Source: Ignavibacteriales bacterium
GTDB taxonomy: Bacteria; Bacteroidota; Ignavibacteria; Ignavibacteriales; DAOSCP01
Length of the DNA stretch: 64,000 bases
Direction: 5' to 3'
Assembly: GCA_035361425.1 (NCBI GenBank)
Contig: DAOSCP010000002.1
Location: forward strand, 65,410-129,409
Under the pieces are notes generated by a model, which saw only the letters and a program-made list of their open reading frames with translations, did not search any database and was not told the DNA's origin. Shown in pieces: positions 40,571 to 55,500 of the stretch. A program made the translations under genes and the position numbers. Every line of letters begins with the position of its first letter. Within the stretch, counting starts at the first letter, position 1.

Positions 40571-43500
40571 ATGTTAACAAATTATAAACAATTTTGGGTA
40601 TATTTATTATTTATATTGTTTGTAAGTAGTACAAATGTTTACTCACAAACAATATCAATATCAAGTCCAGTTGCAAATGATACATTAAATTATGGAAGTA
40701 GCAAAACAATTACCTGGAATTGGACGGGTGCAAATGGTACTGCTAAAATAGAATATTCAACAAATAGTGGTACAAGTTGGATAAATATAAATTCCAATGT
40801 TACTAACAATAACGGTAGCAATACATATAATTGGAGTGTTCCTAACAATCCTTCCAATAATTGTAGAATAAGAATCACTAGTATTGATTATCCTGCAATA
40901 TCGCAAACCTCTGGTTTGTTTGTAATTAGAAGTTTGGTATTGTTATCACCATCATCTGGAAATCATATCCAAGCAGGAAAGACTTTTAATATTCAATGGA
41001 CAAGTTCGTATGTATCATCACTGAGATTAGAATATTCAACTGATAATGGTAATAATTGGAATTTGATACAAACTGGAGTAAATCCAACAGCTTCACCATA
41101 TGTATGGAATGTTCCGGATATAGTTTCAGATCAGGCGATAGTAAGAGTAAGCGACGCAACAAAGTCAATAACAAATACAAATTGTATTAAATCCCAAAGT
41201 GGAAGTTTTTATATTTGTAAATTAAGATTATTAGCACCTAATGGTGGTGAATTTTTATTTTCCAATTCAAATTATAATATACAATGGACCGCATCTAATA
41301 ATGTTTCTTTTGTAAATTTGGAGTATTCAACAGATAACGGTGGCAATTGGTATACTATTGCAAATAATTTGTCAGCATCAAGTGGGTCATATACATGGAT
41401 GGTAACAAATAATACATCAAATAATCAAGCATTAATAAGAGTATCAGATGCGAGTTATCCAAATTATGTTAATGATATTTCAGATAATAATTTTACAATT
41501 GGTAGATTACTAGTAACATCACCAAATGGAGGATTAGCCGCTGGATATTTGTCTGGTAGTACAATAACAATTACATGGTCTTCACAAAATATTTCTTTGG
41601 TAAATATTTATTATACTATTGATGGAACTTCTTATACTCCCATTGTTACAAATTATGATGCTACAAATGGCTTTTATAATTGGACTATTCCAGCTGGAAT
41701 TAATACAAATAAATTTAAAATAAAAATTGAAGATGCAAGTAATTCATCAAGATATGATGAGTCTGATTATTACTCTGTTATAAGCACAATTTCATTGAGT
41801 TCTATCTCAGCTAATATCCAAACAGGGAAAACCATAACATTAAATTGGGCAGCTGGTTCTTATTTATCCAATGTTAATATTTCATATTCAACAGATAATG
41901 GTAATTCATTCCCATACACAATAGCAACTAATATAAGTGCATCAACCGGTACTTATAATTGGGTAGTGCCGTCAGGAATTACAGGAGATAATTGTAAAAT
42001 TAAAATAACGTCAACACAATATCCTGATATTTATGCAATTAGTAATACATTTAAAATTGCAGAGTTGAATTTAACTTATCCCTTAGGAACAGATGGTTGG
42101 ATAGCAGGGGGTACTTATACTATAATGTGGAACAAATCGACAAATGTGGCAAATGTAAAAGTATATATATCTACTAATAATGGTAATACATGGGGTTCAC
42201 CACTTACAACGACATCATCCAATAGTTATGTATATACTGTTAATTCCGGCTTTGATTTTAATCAGTTTAAGGTAAAAGTTGAAGATGCTACTACAACAGA
42301 TATTTATTCTGAGACACCAATAGGATTTAAAGTCGGAAAGATAAATATTCTAAGTCCATCAACATCTGGAGAAGTATGGAATAGTGGAACGGTTAAAACA
42401 ATTTCATGGACCGCTACTACATTTATAAATATTGTTAGGCTTGAATATTCAACAAACGGTGGATTAGATTGGACTTTTATAGCAAATGTTGGAGCTACAG
42501 TTGGTAGTTATAATTGGACAGTTCCAAGTGTTTCATCCAATAACTGTGTTATAAGAATAAGTGACTCAGATGTGCCGACAATATTTGCTACATCTAATAC
42601 ATTTTCGATAGGAAATCTTATTGTAACATATCCAGACGGTGGAGAAGGATTAAATGCAAATTCTAATGTGAATATTCAATGGACGGCAAACGGAATAGCA
42701 AATGTTAATATTTATTATAGTTTAAATAATGGTGCAAATTGGATTAAAATTGCTTCAAATATTAATGCAGCAAGTGGAAGTTATACGTGGCTATTACCTG
42801 ATGTTGTTTCATCGCAATGCTTAGTTAGAGTAAGCGACGCTAATGATACCACTTATTATGATAATAGCAATGGAGCTTTTCGAATTGGTAAAATTTCTAT
42901 TATTCAACCAACAACGAATAAAATAAATCAAGGTAGTGTATATACTATTAAATGGAACGCAACATCCAATATTTCAAATGTTAATATATACTATTCAGAA
43001 AATAATGGTGCAAGCTGGAATTTAATTCAGAATAATGTTAATGCATCTTTAGGGCAGTATAATTGGAATGTACCATTTACAACAACAAGCCAAGGTAAAA
43101 TCAGAATTGAAGATGCACAAACAAATTCGCTAATTACTGCTACAAATAGTGGTAATTTTTCCATTTCATATATTACAGTAAATACTCCTAATGGAGGAGA
43201 AAATTGGTTTTCTACAAGTACACAAAATATTACGTGGACATCGAGTGCTGATGTAAGTAATGTTAAAATTTATGTATCGACTGATGGTGTTACATTTGGT
43301 TCAACGCCAATTTACAACGGACCAAATACAGGTAGTTATTCATGGGTTGTAGATGGAAATTATATTTCTACTACTGCAAGAATAAAAATTGTTGATGCAA
43401 GTGCTTCTAATGTATCTGACTCTTCTAATAATGTTTTTACAATAACACCACTACAATTAACAGCTCCCAACAATCCAATCACTTTGTATCAAGGGCAAAG

Positions 43501-46500
43501 TTATAATATCACATATGATTATGATGCAACAAAAGTAAGTAGCGTCAAAATTGAATTCTCATCTACTGGAGGTAATAGCTGGACCAATATTGTTGCTTCT
43601 ATACCAGCAACAGGAGTTTATAATTGGACAGTTCCAGCTGTTACGACAAATAATGGTTTAATACGTATTACTTCAAATGATAATCCAGCATTTTATGATG
43701 TAAGTGATAATACATTTTCAATTAATACAATATCATTGACCAGTCCTAACGGTAACGAAAATTGGATGGCAGGAACAACGAAAAATATTACTTGGGTTAA
43801 TATTCCAGGAGTAAGTGCATTAAATTTGTATTATTCTTTAGATGGGGGTAATAGCTGGAGATTATTTAAAACAGGAATAAATGCTGGTGCACAAACATAC
43901 AGCTGGGTTGTTCCTGATTCAGCATCAAATATGGTTAGAATAAAAATTGCAGCTTCTGATAATCCTGCAATATCAGATATAAGTGATAATAATTTTACGA
44001 TAAGTTCATTAACATTATTATCACCTTTAGGTGGTGAAAAACTATTAGCAGGACAACAACATTATATTACATGGGATGCACAATATATTCAAAGTGTAAA
44101 AATAGAATTAACTACAAATGGTGGATCAACCTGGATATCTCCAGAAATAGCAACCGGTGTACCAGGAGCTAATGGTACTTATTTGTGGACTATACCAAAT
44201 AATCCAACAACACAAGCAAGAATTAGAATAACAAGTGATAATCCCAATGACAATACTATTACGAAAACTTCACCTGCTAATTTTACAATAAGTAGGTTAC
44301 AAATAACAAATCCTATTTCTACTACTGCATTTCAGGAAGGGCAAACTGCCACCATTCAATGGACTGCGGATAATATTGATTTTGTTAATATAGATATTAG
44401 TACAAATGGTGGTATAGAGTGGAATAACATTGCAACAGGTTATCCAGCATTAGGAGGAAGCTATAACTGGACAGTTCCAATAAATTATTCATCAAATAAT
44501 TGCATTATAAGGATATATGATCAATCAAATTTTGTAAGAATTGCAACATCGCAAACATTTAATATATCTAAGCTAAATATAACATCACCTACCACAAGTG
44601 ATAAATGGTTTATAGGAAGCACTAAAAAAATACAATGGCAAAGTACCAATGTTAGCTTAGTTAATATTTTATATAGTACAGATGGTGGTGCTACCTGGCC
44701 AATTACAATTGCTTCCAATTATCCAGCAAACGCTGGCTATTATGATTGGCAGGTATCAGGATTAGTAACAACACAGGGTAGAATTAGAATAGTTAGTGTT
44801 GATAAACCTTCGATAACTGCTACAACTGGAAATTTCCAAACTTCAAGTTTAAATATTACACAACCAGCAGGAAATGAAAGCTGGCAAGTTGGGACAAATA
44901 AGAGTATAAATTGGACTTATGGGAATATAACAAGTGTTTATTTATATTATTCTACTGACGGAAGTAATTGGTTACAAATTGGTGCTGGTCCAATTAATGC
45001 TGCATTGCAAACTTATAATTGGACTATTCCAGATATATCAAGCAATACCGTAAGAATTAAAATTGCGGATGCAGCTGATACTTCAAGAAACGCTGTATCT
45101 AATCCATTTAAAATTGGCAAAATTACAGTTTTATATCCTAATGGTAATGAGATTCTTCAATCTGGCAAAACAATTAATATAACCTGGAATAATTATTCAA
45201 GTATATCTAATGTTAAAATAGAATATTCAACAAATGCTGGAGGTTCTTGGAATACGATAGTAAATTCTGTCCAGGCAAATTTAGGAGCATATCCATGGGT
45301 GATACCAAACACAACTGGAAACTCTTATAGAATAAGAATATCAGATGCAGATTCTCCAAGTCCAACAGAATTCATTAATGACATTTCCGATAACAATTTT
45401 ACAGTAAAGAGAATAGATCTAATTTCACCTGTAAGCGGAGAATATTTCCAAATAGGAAAGACCAAACAAATATCATGGAATGTTGGTAATATTGCAACAT
45501 TAAGAATTGATTTATCAACAAATGGTGGCTCCGATTTCTTTAATATAGCTGAAATATCTGGAGCAAATACAAGTTATAATTTAAAACTAACTAATCCAGC
45601 ATATGTATCAACAGCTTGTTATTTAAGAATTTATGATAAAGATAATCCTACAATTGTTTCAGAATTATCAAGTCCATTTACAATCAAAAGACTTGATTTA
45701 ATTTCACCTAATGGAGGTGAGATAAAACAAGCAGGTGTTGTAGATACAATAAAATGGCAAGCAAGTGGAGTAAGTAATATTACTTTACAATATTCAACAG
45801 ATGGGGGATTAAATTTCTCCAATTCTATAGTTAATAATCATCCAGCTAATTTGGGTTATTATTATTGGACAATTCCAAGTAATTTATATGGAAATAATAT
45901 AAAAGTAAGAATTGTTGATTATGATGTTTCCAGTATTTCTGATACAAGTGACAATAATTTTTCAATATCACAATTAGCAATTACTCAACCTACATCAACA
46001 TCTAAATTCAATGTCGGTTTGCCTTTGATAGTTAATTGGAGTGCTAATAATTTAACTCAAATTAATATAGATTTATCTACTGATGGCGGTCTATCCTATC
46101 CTTATAATATAGTAAGTAATTATAATGCAACTTTAAATACTTGTACTTGGGTAATTCCATTAACTTTAACACCATCAAGCAACTGTGTTATCAAGATTAC
46201 AGATGCTAATAATCCTACAACATATATTTTAAGTCAACAATTTTCTATAGCTAAACTTAAAATTTTAGTTCCAAATGATGGTACTCAAAATTGGCAAACA
46301 GTTACTCAACAAACAATAACCTGGCAAGCCTCGTCAAATGTATCAAATATTAGAATTGAATATACTTCAAATAATGGAGTTTCATGGAATACAATTATAA
46401 ATTCCGTACCAGCTACTACTGGTAATTATTTGTGGACAATACCAAATACAGCTGCTTCTAATTTAGTTAAAATTCGAATAACGGATGTTTCCAATAATAA

Positions 46501-49500
46501 TGTAATAGACTCAAGTGATAATAATTTTAATATAAGAAGATTAGATTTAACATCGCCAAATGGTGGGGAAAGCTTTGCTGCTGGTTCATCTCAACAGATT
46601 AGTTGGATAGCTAATAACGTTAATAATGTAAAAATAGAATATCAAACTTCAAATGGTGGTACTTGGACTCATATAGCTACTGTGCCAGCAAATTCTTCTC
46701 CATATACATGGACTGTTCCTGCAACAACATCTAGTGAATATAGAATTAGAATCTCAGACGCAACTTATTCTACTATACAATCTCAAAGTGCAAATACATT
46801 TAAAGTAGGTCAAATAACTGTTACAAGACCAAATACTGCTGAAACATTTCAGGTGGGAAAAACACTTCCTATTAGATGGAATGCATCTTCGAATATTAAT
46901 TTTGTAAATATTGCATTTTCTACAGATAATGGTACTACCTGGTATTATATAGCTAATAATGTTTCTGCAAGTGCAGGTGCATATAATTGGACAATATTGA
47001 ATAAACCTTCAAATAATTGTTTGATAAGAATTACTGATGCAAGTACAGATACAACTGTTAGTGGACATATTAGAGATATAAGTGATGTAGCATTTTCTGT
47101 CAAATACCTAAAGCTCAACATTCCAAATGGTGGTGAAACCTGGAAAATTGGTAGTAATCAAAATATAACATGGGAAACAAGTTCGAATATTTCAAATATT
47201 CATATTTACTTATCAACGAATAGTGGTAATAGTTGGGGTATTACATTAGGCAATAATGTTGGTGCAGGTGCTGGTTCATTTTTGTGGAGTAATATAGGAA
47301 ATTATCCATATTCAACTTGTAAAGTAAAAATTATTGATGCATCAAACAATTCAATTTCTGATAGTAGTGATAATGCTTTCAAGATAGGTAATATTTCTAT
47401 AATTGAACCTGTAGCACTTGCTAATTACAAAACAAACTCACCAATGGTTATTAAATGGACAAGTACATCTAATATTAATACTGTAAATATATATTATTCA
47501 GCAGATGGTGTTAGCTGGAACCAACAAATAGCTTCTAATTTACCAAGCACTACTGGCACTAATGAATTTACCTGGGTTACTCCTTTAACAGCAACAAATA
47601 CAGCAAAAATAAAAATTGTTGATGCGGAAAGTGGTTCAACTATTGAAGAAATATCTTCAACATTTAGAATTACTGACCTAAATATAATATCACCTGTATC
47701 AACTGATAAATGGCAAGTTGGGACATCTAAAAATATAATTTGGAGTGGACAGGGTGTTTCAAATGTAAATATATCTATACTCGATAATAGTAATATTTCG
47801 TACTCTATTGCAACAAATACAAATTTAACAACTTATAACTGGTCTATACCAGATATACCATTTTTCCAAGCACCGTCTTATCGTATTGTTGTAACAGATG
47901 CTTCAAACCCAGATAATTCTGATACAAGTGAAATATTTACAATATGTAAAGTAAAAGTAGATTCACCTAATGGAGGTGAAAATATTTATGCCGGCTCAAC
48001 ATATACAATAAATTGGACTACATATAATGTTACAAATGTAAAGATTGAATATTCCAGCAATAATGGTACTTCGTGGAATACAATAGTTGGAAATATAGCT
48101 TCAAATAATGGAAGTAATTCATATAATTGGCTTGTTCCAAATGATACATCATCAAATTACCGAATTAGAGTGAGTGATTTTTCAAACTCAACAATAAATG
48201 ATATCTCTGATAATAGATTTACAGTTTCAAAAATTACAGTTTTATCACCAAATGGTGGTGAAAATTGGCAAATTGGAACAACCAAAACTATTACATGGCG
48301 TTCAAATGGAATTTCTCAAGTAAATATCTATTTAAATTACGGAGCAGGTAATTTTACAATTGCAACTAATGTTTCATCTGTTGGCGGAAGTGGTTCATAT
48401 AATTGGGCAATCCCAGATAATCCATTATTATATACAACAAACGCAAAAATTATTATATCAAGTAGTACAGATCCAACTAAAGCTGATACAAGTGATAATG
48501 TATTTACAATTAGTAAGTTAGTAGTTATTTCACCAAATGGTAGTGAAAATTGGTTTAAAAATTCTATAAGCACTATAAGTTGGGAAAGTAGAAATATAAG
48601 CTCTGTAAAAATTGAATATAGCACCGATAATGGTATAAATTGGAAAAATATTGCAACAGTTACAAGCGTAAACGGTATAAATAATTATAATTGGTTAGTA
48701 CCTGCTGATACTTCACTGAATTGTATAGTAAGAATATCAAATGCTACAAATTCTACAATTTATGATGTATCGGATAATAAATTTAATATATTGGGATTAT
48801 TCATTACACAACCTATTGCAAATGCAAAATGGCGTAATGGATTATTAAAAACAATTTCATGGCGTGCAAATTATTCAACAAATGTCAACATATATATATT
48901 AACACCTACAGGTAAAAGTTTAATAGCAAGTAATGTTACAGGTAATAGTTGGGGTGGTAATTATACATGGTCTATATTAGATTCAAATAAATATTATACT
49001 AATAGCAATAGAATAATAATTGAAGATTTTGGAGATCCTTCAAGGTGTGATACAACTAATTATTCATTTTCAATTTCTAAACTTCAAATTACAACACCAA
49101 ATACAAATGTAAATTGGTTTGCTGGAAGTAGTAAGATTATAAGTTGGGTATCTCAAAATATTAGTAATGTTGTAATCGAATATTCTTCAAATAATGGCGG
49201 AAGTTGGAGTACAATAACAACTACAACATCAAATAATGGTACTAATAATTATTCATGGACTGTTCCTTCTACAGCAAGTTCACAATGTTTAATAAGAATT
49301 AAAGATGTAGCAGATGGTAATTTACTATCAGATACATCAAACACAACATTTACAATATCAAATTTACAATTGTTGTCGCCATTAAGCAATGCTAGATGGC
49401 AAATGGGAAAAGTAAACACAATTCAGTGGACTGCAAGTAATATAGCCAATGTAAAAATTGAATATTATGATATTGCAACAGCTAATTGGTTGACGATTGC

Positions 49501-52500
49501 AACAGTTTCAGCTTCGTCTGGTGCTTATAACTGGTTGATACCAGCTTTAGGATTAACTCCAAGCGATCAATATAAAATAAGAATATCTGCTGCTGACGAT
49601 CCAACAAAAATGGTTGAATCTGGATTATTTACAATTGGAAATGTACAACTTTCAAACTTTAATGGTGGTGAAGTTGTTCAGGCTGGAAAAGTTGTAACAA
49701 TAAATTGGACAAAAACAAGTTTTGTTAACACTGTTAATTTAAAATATACTACAAATAATGGCACAGATTGGAATACAATTGCGAGTGGTATATCTATAAC
49801 ATCTTATAATTGGAATATACCTAATATTTCATCTAATAATGTTAAAATTTTAGTTGAAGATGCTGTAGCAAATTCACTAATTAAAGATACATCTGATGCA
49901 GTATTTACTATTGCAAGATTAGTTGTAAATGTTCCTAATAATGGTGAAGTTTATCGTGAAGGTACTAAGATAAATATAACCTGGACAGCACAAAATACTA
50001 ATAATTTACGATTAGAATATTCAATTGACCACAGTAATTCATGGAATATAATAGCAAATTCTGTTAATCCAGCTTCTGGTTCATATACATGGACACTTCC
50101 ATACGGCCTTGTTAGTAAATATTTAACAATTAAAGCTTATGATGTTTCTTATCCAACAATAATGGATACAACAGATAATAAAGTTACCGTTGCAAAATTG
50201 TTAATTACAAATCCTGCTGGTGGGGAAACATGGGTTGCTAATGATACTAAGTCGATTTCATGGAATAGTCAATACATACCAGCTTCTACATATACAATCG
50301 AGTATACTACAGATAACGGTGTCAATTGGCAAACAATTGTAACAAATGTTCCGACATCAAATAATAATTATAATTGGGTATTACCATCAACTGCTTTATC
50401 TAATGTAAAAATAAGAATCAGACATAATGATAACTCTAATTTATCTGACACTCTTGATGGAACATTTACAATTGTAGCACCTAAGATTACAGTTACTCAA
50501 CCAAATGGTGGAGAAATTTTACTTAAGGATCAACCATACACAATACAATATACTCGAACACCAGATATTACAAATGTTAATATTTATTCAAGATTAGAAG
50601 GTAAAAAAGGCTGGAGATTATTAGCTGGCAATACTACAGCATTATCTTATAATTGGACTCCAGATACAGCTGGTAACTATAAAATAATAATTGTTGATTT
50701 TAATAATCCTAATGTTGTAGGTGATTCATCAGATGCATTTTGTACTGTTAAACATATACAGGTTACACAGCCTGCAGGTGGTGAAATTTGGCAAGCTGGC
50801 AAACCTTATCAAATAAAATGGGTTACTTCAAATAATATAAATACTGTTCGAATAGAATACTCTACAAATGCAGGTGGTAGCTGGCTACCTATAACTTCAA
50901 GTATTCCAGCAGCTGATCAACAATATAATTGGACAATACCTTATGCATTAGATGGAAAACAAGTTCATATTAAAGTTAGTGATGAATTAGCTAGTTCTGT
51001 TATATATGATATTTCTGATGGTTTTGCTACGATTTCTAATTTGCAAGTTGTATATCCCAATAGTAATACTGACGGTTTAGTAGAAGGTAAATCCTATAAT
51101 ATACAGTGGACTAATTCACCTTCAATTACAAACATTGATATATACTATACAGCAGATGGTGGACCACTTCAAACAATACAGGCAAATGTTCCTGCAGCGG
51201 GAGGACAATATAATTGGACTGTTCCAGTAATTAATTCAGATAATGTGAAGATTGTAATAAAAGATGCATCAAATCCGTTGATTGTTGATAGTTCCGATAA
51301 TGCTTTCAAAGTAGCTTCATTGATGGTTGTTACACCGAATGGAGGAGAAGATTTTAGAATAGGTAGAAATGCAACAATAACATGGTCTAATTCTTCCAAT
51401 ATTTCTGCAGTTAATATTTATTATTCGTTGAATAATGGTACAACCTGGTTTATTGCTGGAGTAAATGTTCCTTCAACAAATTCTGTTAACAATTATACAT
51501 GGAAAGTTCCAAATGTTTTAAGTACTACCAATGCATTAATTAAAATTATTGATGCATCAAATTCTAATATTGAAGATATAGGTGATGCAAACTTTACTAT
51601 AAGTAATCTTGTTGTAACATCTCCTAATGGAGGTGAAAGAATATCTGCAGGTAAAAAATATAATATTACATGGATAGCACAAAATGTTACAACAAACTTA
51701 AGAATTCAATATACACTCAATGGCACTAATTGGCAAGATATAGCAACCGTTCCAGGTACAACAACAAATTATGAATGGAATGTAGCTGCTGATACATCAA
51801 CAGTTAATGCAAAAATAAGGATAATGGATCCTACATTAACAGAGGGTGATACAAGTGATGCTAATTTTACAATTGGCTACATTAAAATATTAAATCCTAT
51901 TGCAGGGAATGTATATCAAACAAATAGAAATATTCAAATTTACTGGCAAGATTCTCCAAATATTGGTAGTGTAAATATCAAGTATCAAGTTGGTACATCT
52001 GTACCTGTAACAATTGTAAGTAATTACGCTTCTCCAACTAATTTATATAATTGGACTGTACCGTTAGATTTAGCACATAATAATCTTAACTTAATAATTT
52101 CTGATATTAACGCAGATGTAACTTTAGCAGATACGATAAAAATCAACACTGTAAAATTACAGTTAACTTCCTTAAATGGTGGGCAAAAAATATTAGCTAA
52201 TAAAGTAACACCTATAACATGGGCAAGTTCAAATTTAACTGGTACAATAAAAATTGAATTATCAACCGATGATGGCTTTAACTGGATAGCTATTCCTGGT
52301 GCAAGTAATGTTTCCGCAGCTGATGGAGTATTTAATTGGTTAGTCAATAATATTACTACCGGGCAAAATAGAATTAGAATTATTAGCAATAATGATAATT
52401 CTATAAGAGACTCTAGTGCATCATTCTTTATTATATCAAGATTGAAAGTAACTGATCCAACATCAATTGCAAATTATAAAGCCGGGACAACTCAAAATCT

Positions 52501-55500
52501 TAAATGGGATAATAGCAGCAATATTGGAAATATAAATATTTATTTTAGTTCCAATAATGGTTCTACCTGGACTAATTTATTTAACAATGTTTCAACAACC
52601 GGGCAAAATAAAAACTGGGTTGTTCCTTATACAACATCAAATCAATGCAGAATTAGAATAGAGGATGCACAATATCCGACAAATGCAGATACTTCTGAAG
52701 CTTTCAGTGTTTATACACCGACTATCACAGTTACAGCACCTAATTTACCAAGCAGAATATTAGTAGGTAAAACTTATAATATTACCTGGAATAGTCAGTT
52801 TGTTACTAACTTTAAAATTGAACTATCAACAAACGGTGGTGTTGATTGGAATCCTATTGTTTTATCTACAACAGGGAATAATTATAATTGGACAATACCA
52901 CAACCTTTCGATACTGTTACATCAAATAATTGTTTAATTAAAATTTCAGATGCAAGTGATAATTCAATATTCGATGTTTCTGATAATCCATTTACAATTT
53001 CATCCTTGAAATTTATTTCTCCTGTAGGCGGTGAAATTGTTCAAGTTGGAAAACATTTTACAATTAGGTGGAATAGCTCACAAATTGATAGAGTAAGAAT
53101 AGATTATTTTGATGGTACATCTTGGACACAAATTATTAATAATATTAGTGCTTCAACAGGTAATTATGTGTGGACTGTCCCAAATATATTTTCATCTGCT
53201 ATTAAATTCCGTTTATATGATGCTGATAATTTATCAAACTATATTGAAAGTAATACAATTTCTACTGCTGATATTGCTGTAATTTATCCTGTAGGTGGTG
53301 AGGTAATACAAACTGGTCAAACAGTTAAAATAAAATGGAATTATCAAAATATTTCAAATGTAAAACTTGAGTATTCATTAGAAAATGGTGCTGAAGGAAC
53401 ATGGAATACAATTGTCAATAGTGTTCCTGCAACTACTGGCTCAACGGGTTATAACTGGACTATTGATACTTCCTTATCTTCAAGGGATTGCCTAATTAGA
53501 ATTTCGGAAGTTGGTAATAGTAATGTTTTTGCAACAAGTTACAGCACATTTAAAATTGGTAATATCGTAGTATTATCACCAAATGGCGGCGAAGTATTTA
53601 AGTCTGGTCAATCATATACTATAAGATGGTATAATAAACCATCAACATCTTCTGTTAAGTTATATTATTCAACAAATAATGGTACAAACTGGAATTTAAT
53701 TACAACAACAACAACGCAGCCTTATGGAGGAAGTTTTGACTGGGTACCATCAATATCTAATTCAAGCCCGAATATGTTAATTAAAGTTGTTGATTCAGAA
53801 GGTGATATAAAAGATTCATCTGATGCAACATTTATCTATAATAATTTAAGGATAGTATCTCCTAATAATGGTGAAATTTTCAGACAAGGAACACCTGTTA
53901 ATATTCAATGGACAAGTAACCTAAATCCAGTAACACTAGAATACAGTACTGATAATGGCCTAAATTGGAATTTAATCGTAAGTGGTAAGAATGGAACAAC
54001 ACATACATGGGTTACACCTACAAACTTGCTTTCAAACAATATAATTATTAAAGTAAAAGATGATAACAATAATCTTATTAATGATACAACTGATAACAGA
54101 ATAAAAGTAATAGAATTTAAGATAACTCAACCTAATGGTTTAGAAACATGGGTTGGTAATAGTGTACAAAAAATCAAAGTTTTACATAAGTTATTACCAT
54201 CAAGTTTAATAAATTTATATTACACTACTAATAATGGTACAAATTGGAATACAATTGCAACAAATATTTCTGCAAATGGAGATAGTACTATTTATAATTG
54301 GTTAGTACCGAAAATATCTTCTAATAATGTAAAAGTAAAAATTGTTGACGCAACAAGAAGTAATATTGCAGATACATCAGATAATGTATTTACAATTACA
54401 AATCCACAAGTAACAGTAATTTCGCCTAACGGTGGTGAAGTATTACCTATAAATAAACCTACAACAATTACATGGACGAAATCTGTAGATGTGGCAAATG
54501 TTAATGTGTACACAAGGTTAGAAAATAAAAGATGGTATAGACCAATTGTATCAGGCTTTGGAGGCACTTCTATATCATGGACACCTGATACAGCAGGCAA
54601 TTATAGAATTATTGTTTGTGATGCTGCTAATCCATCATCTGTAATAGATTCATCAGATGCTTTTGTAAGTGTTTATAAATTAAATATCACATCTCCTAAT
54701 GGCGGCGAAAATTGGATAGAAGGTAAGAGATATAATATAACCTGGAATGCATCAATTAACTTAACAAATGTAAATATAGATTATTCAACAAATGGCGGTT
54801 CGAATTGGATTTCTCTTGTTAATAATATTCCTGCTTCATCTGGTTCATATAGTTGGTTAATTCCTTCAGGTATTACAGGTACAAATACAAAAATTAGAGT
54901 AAGAAGTTCAAATTATGGAAATATAATTAAAGATTCATCCGCAAATTCATTTACAATACATAAGATTAGATTATTAAGTCCAAATTTAGCATCTGATGGT
55001 TTTGTAATTGGAAAACAAATGAATATTAGTTGGGATGTTTCTAACTCAACAATACCAAATATAAAAATTAGTTATCTAACACCACAAACAAGTGGAATTA
55101 TATCTGGTAGTTTTGCAACAACGACAAATTCAGGTTATTTTAGTGTTCCTAATGTATCATCTGATAGTGTTAAAATTATAATTTCAGATGTTCTAAATCC
55201 TAATATTGCAGATACAAGTGATAATTATTTCAAAATTGCACAATTGGTTGTAACATCACCTGTTGGTGGAGAAAATTGGCAAATAAATAGAAGAAGACTA
55301 ATTACATGGAATAATTCATCAAATGTCAATTTTATAAATTTAGAGTACACATTAAATGGTATAACATGGTTTACTATAGCTAATAATGTAAATGCATCTT
55401 TAGGTAGTTATAATTGGTTGGTACCTGATGTTTTAAGTTCAACCAATGCTCTGGTAAGAATAACAGATAATAATAATGTAAATATTAAAGATACATCAGA

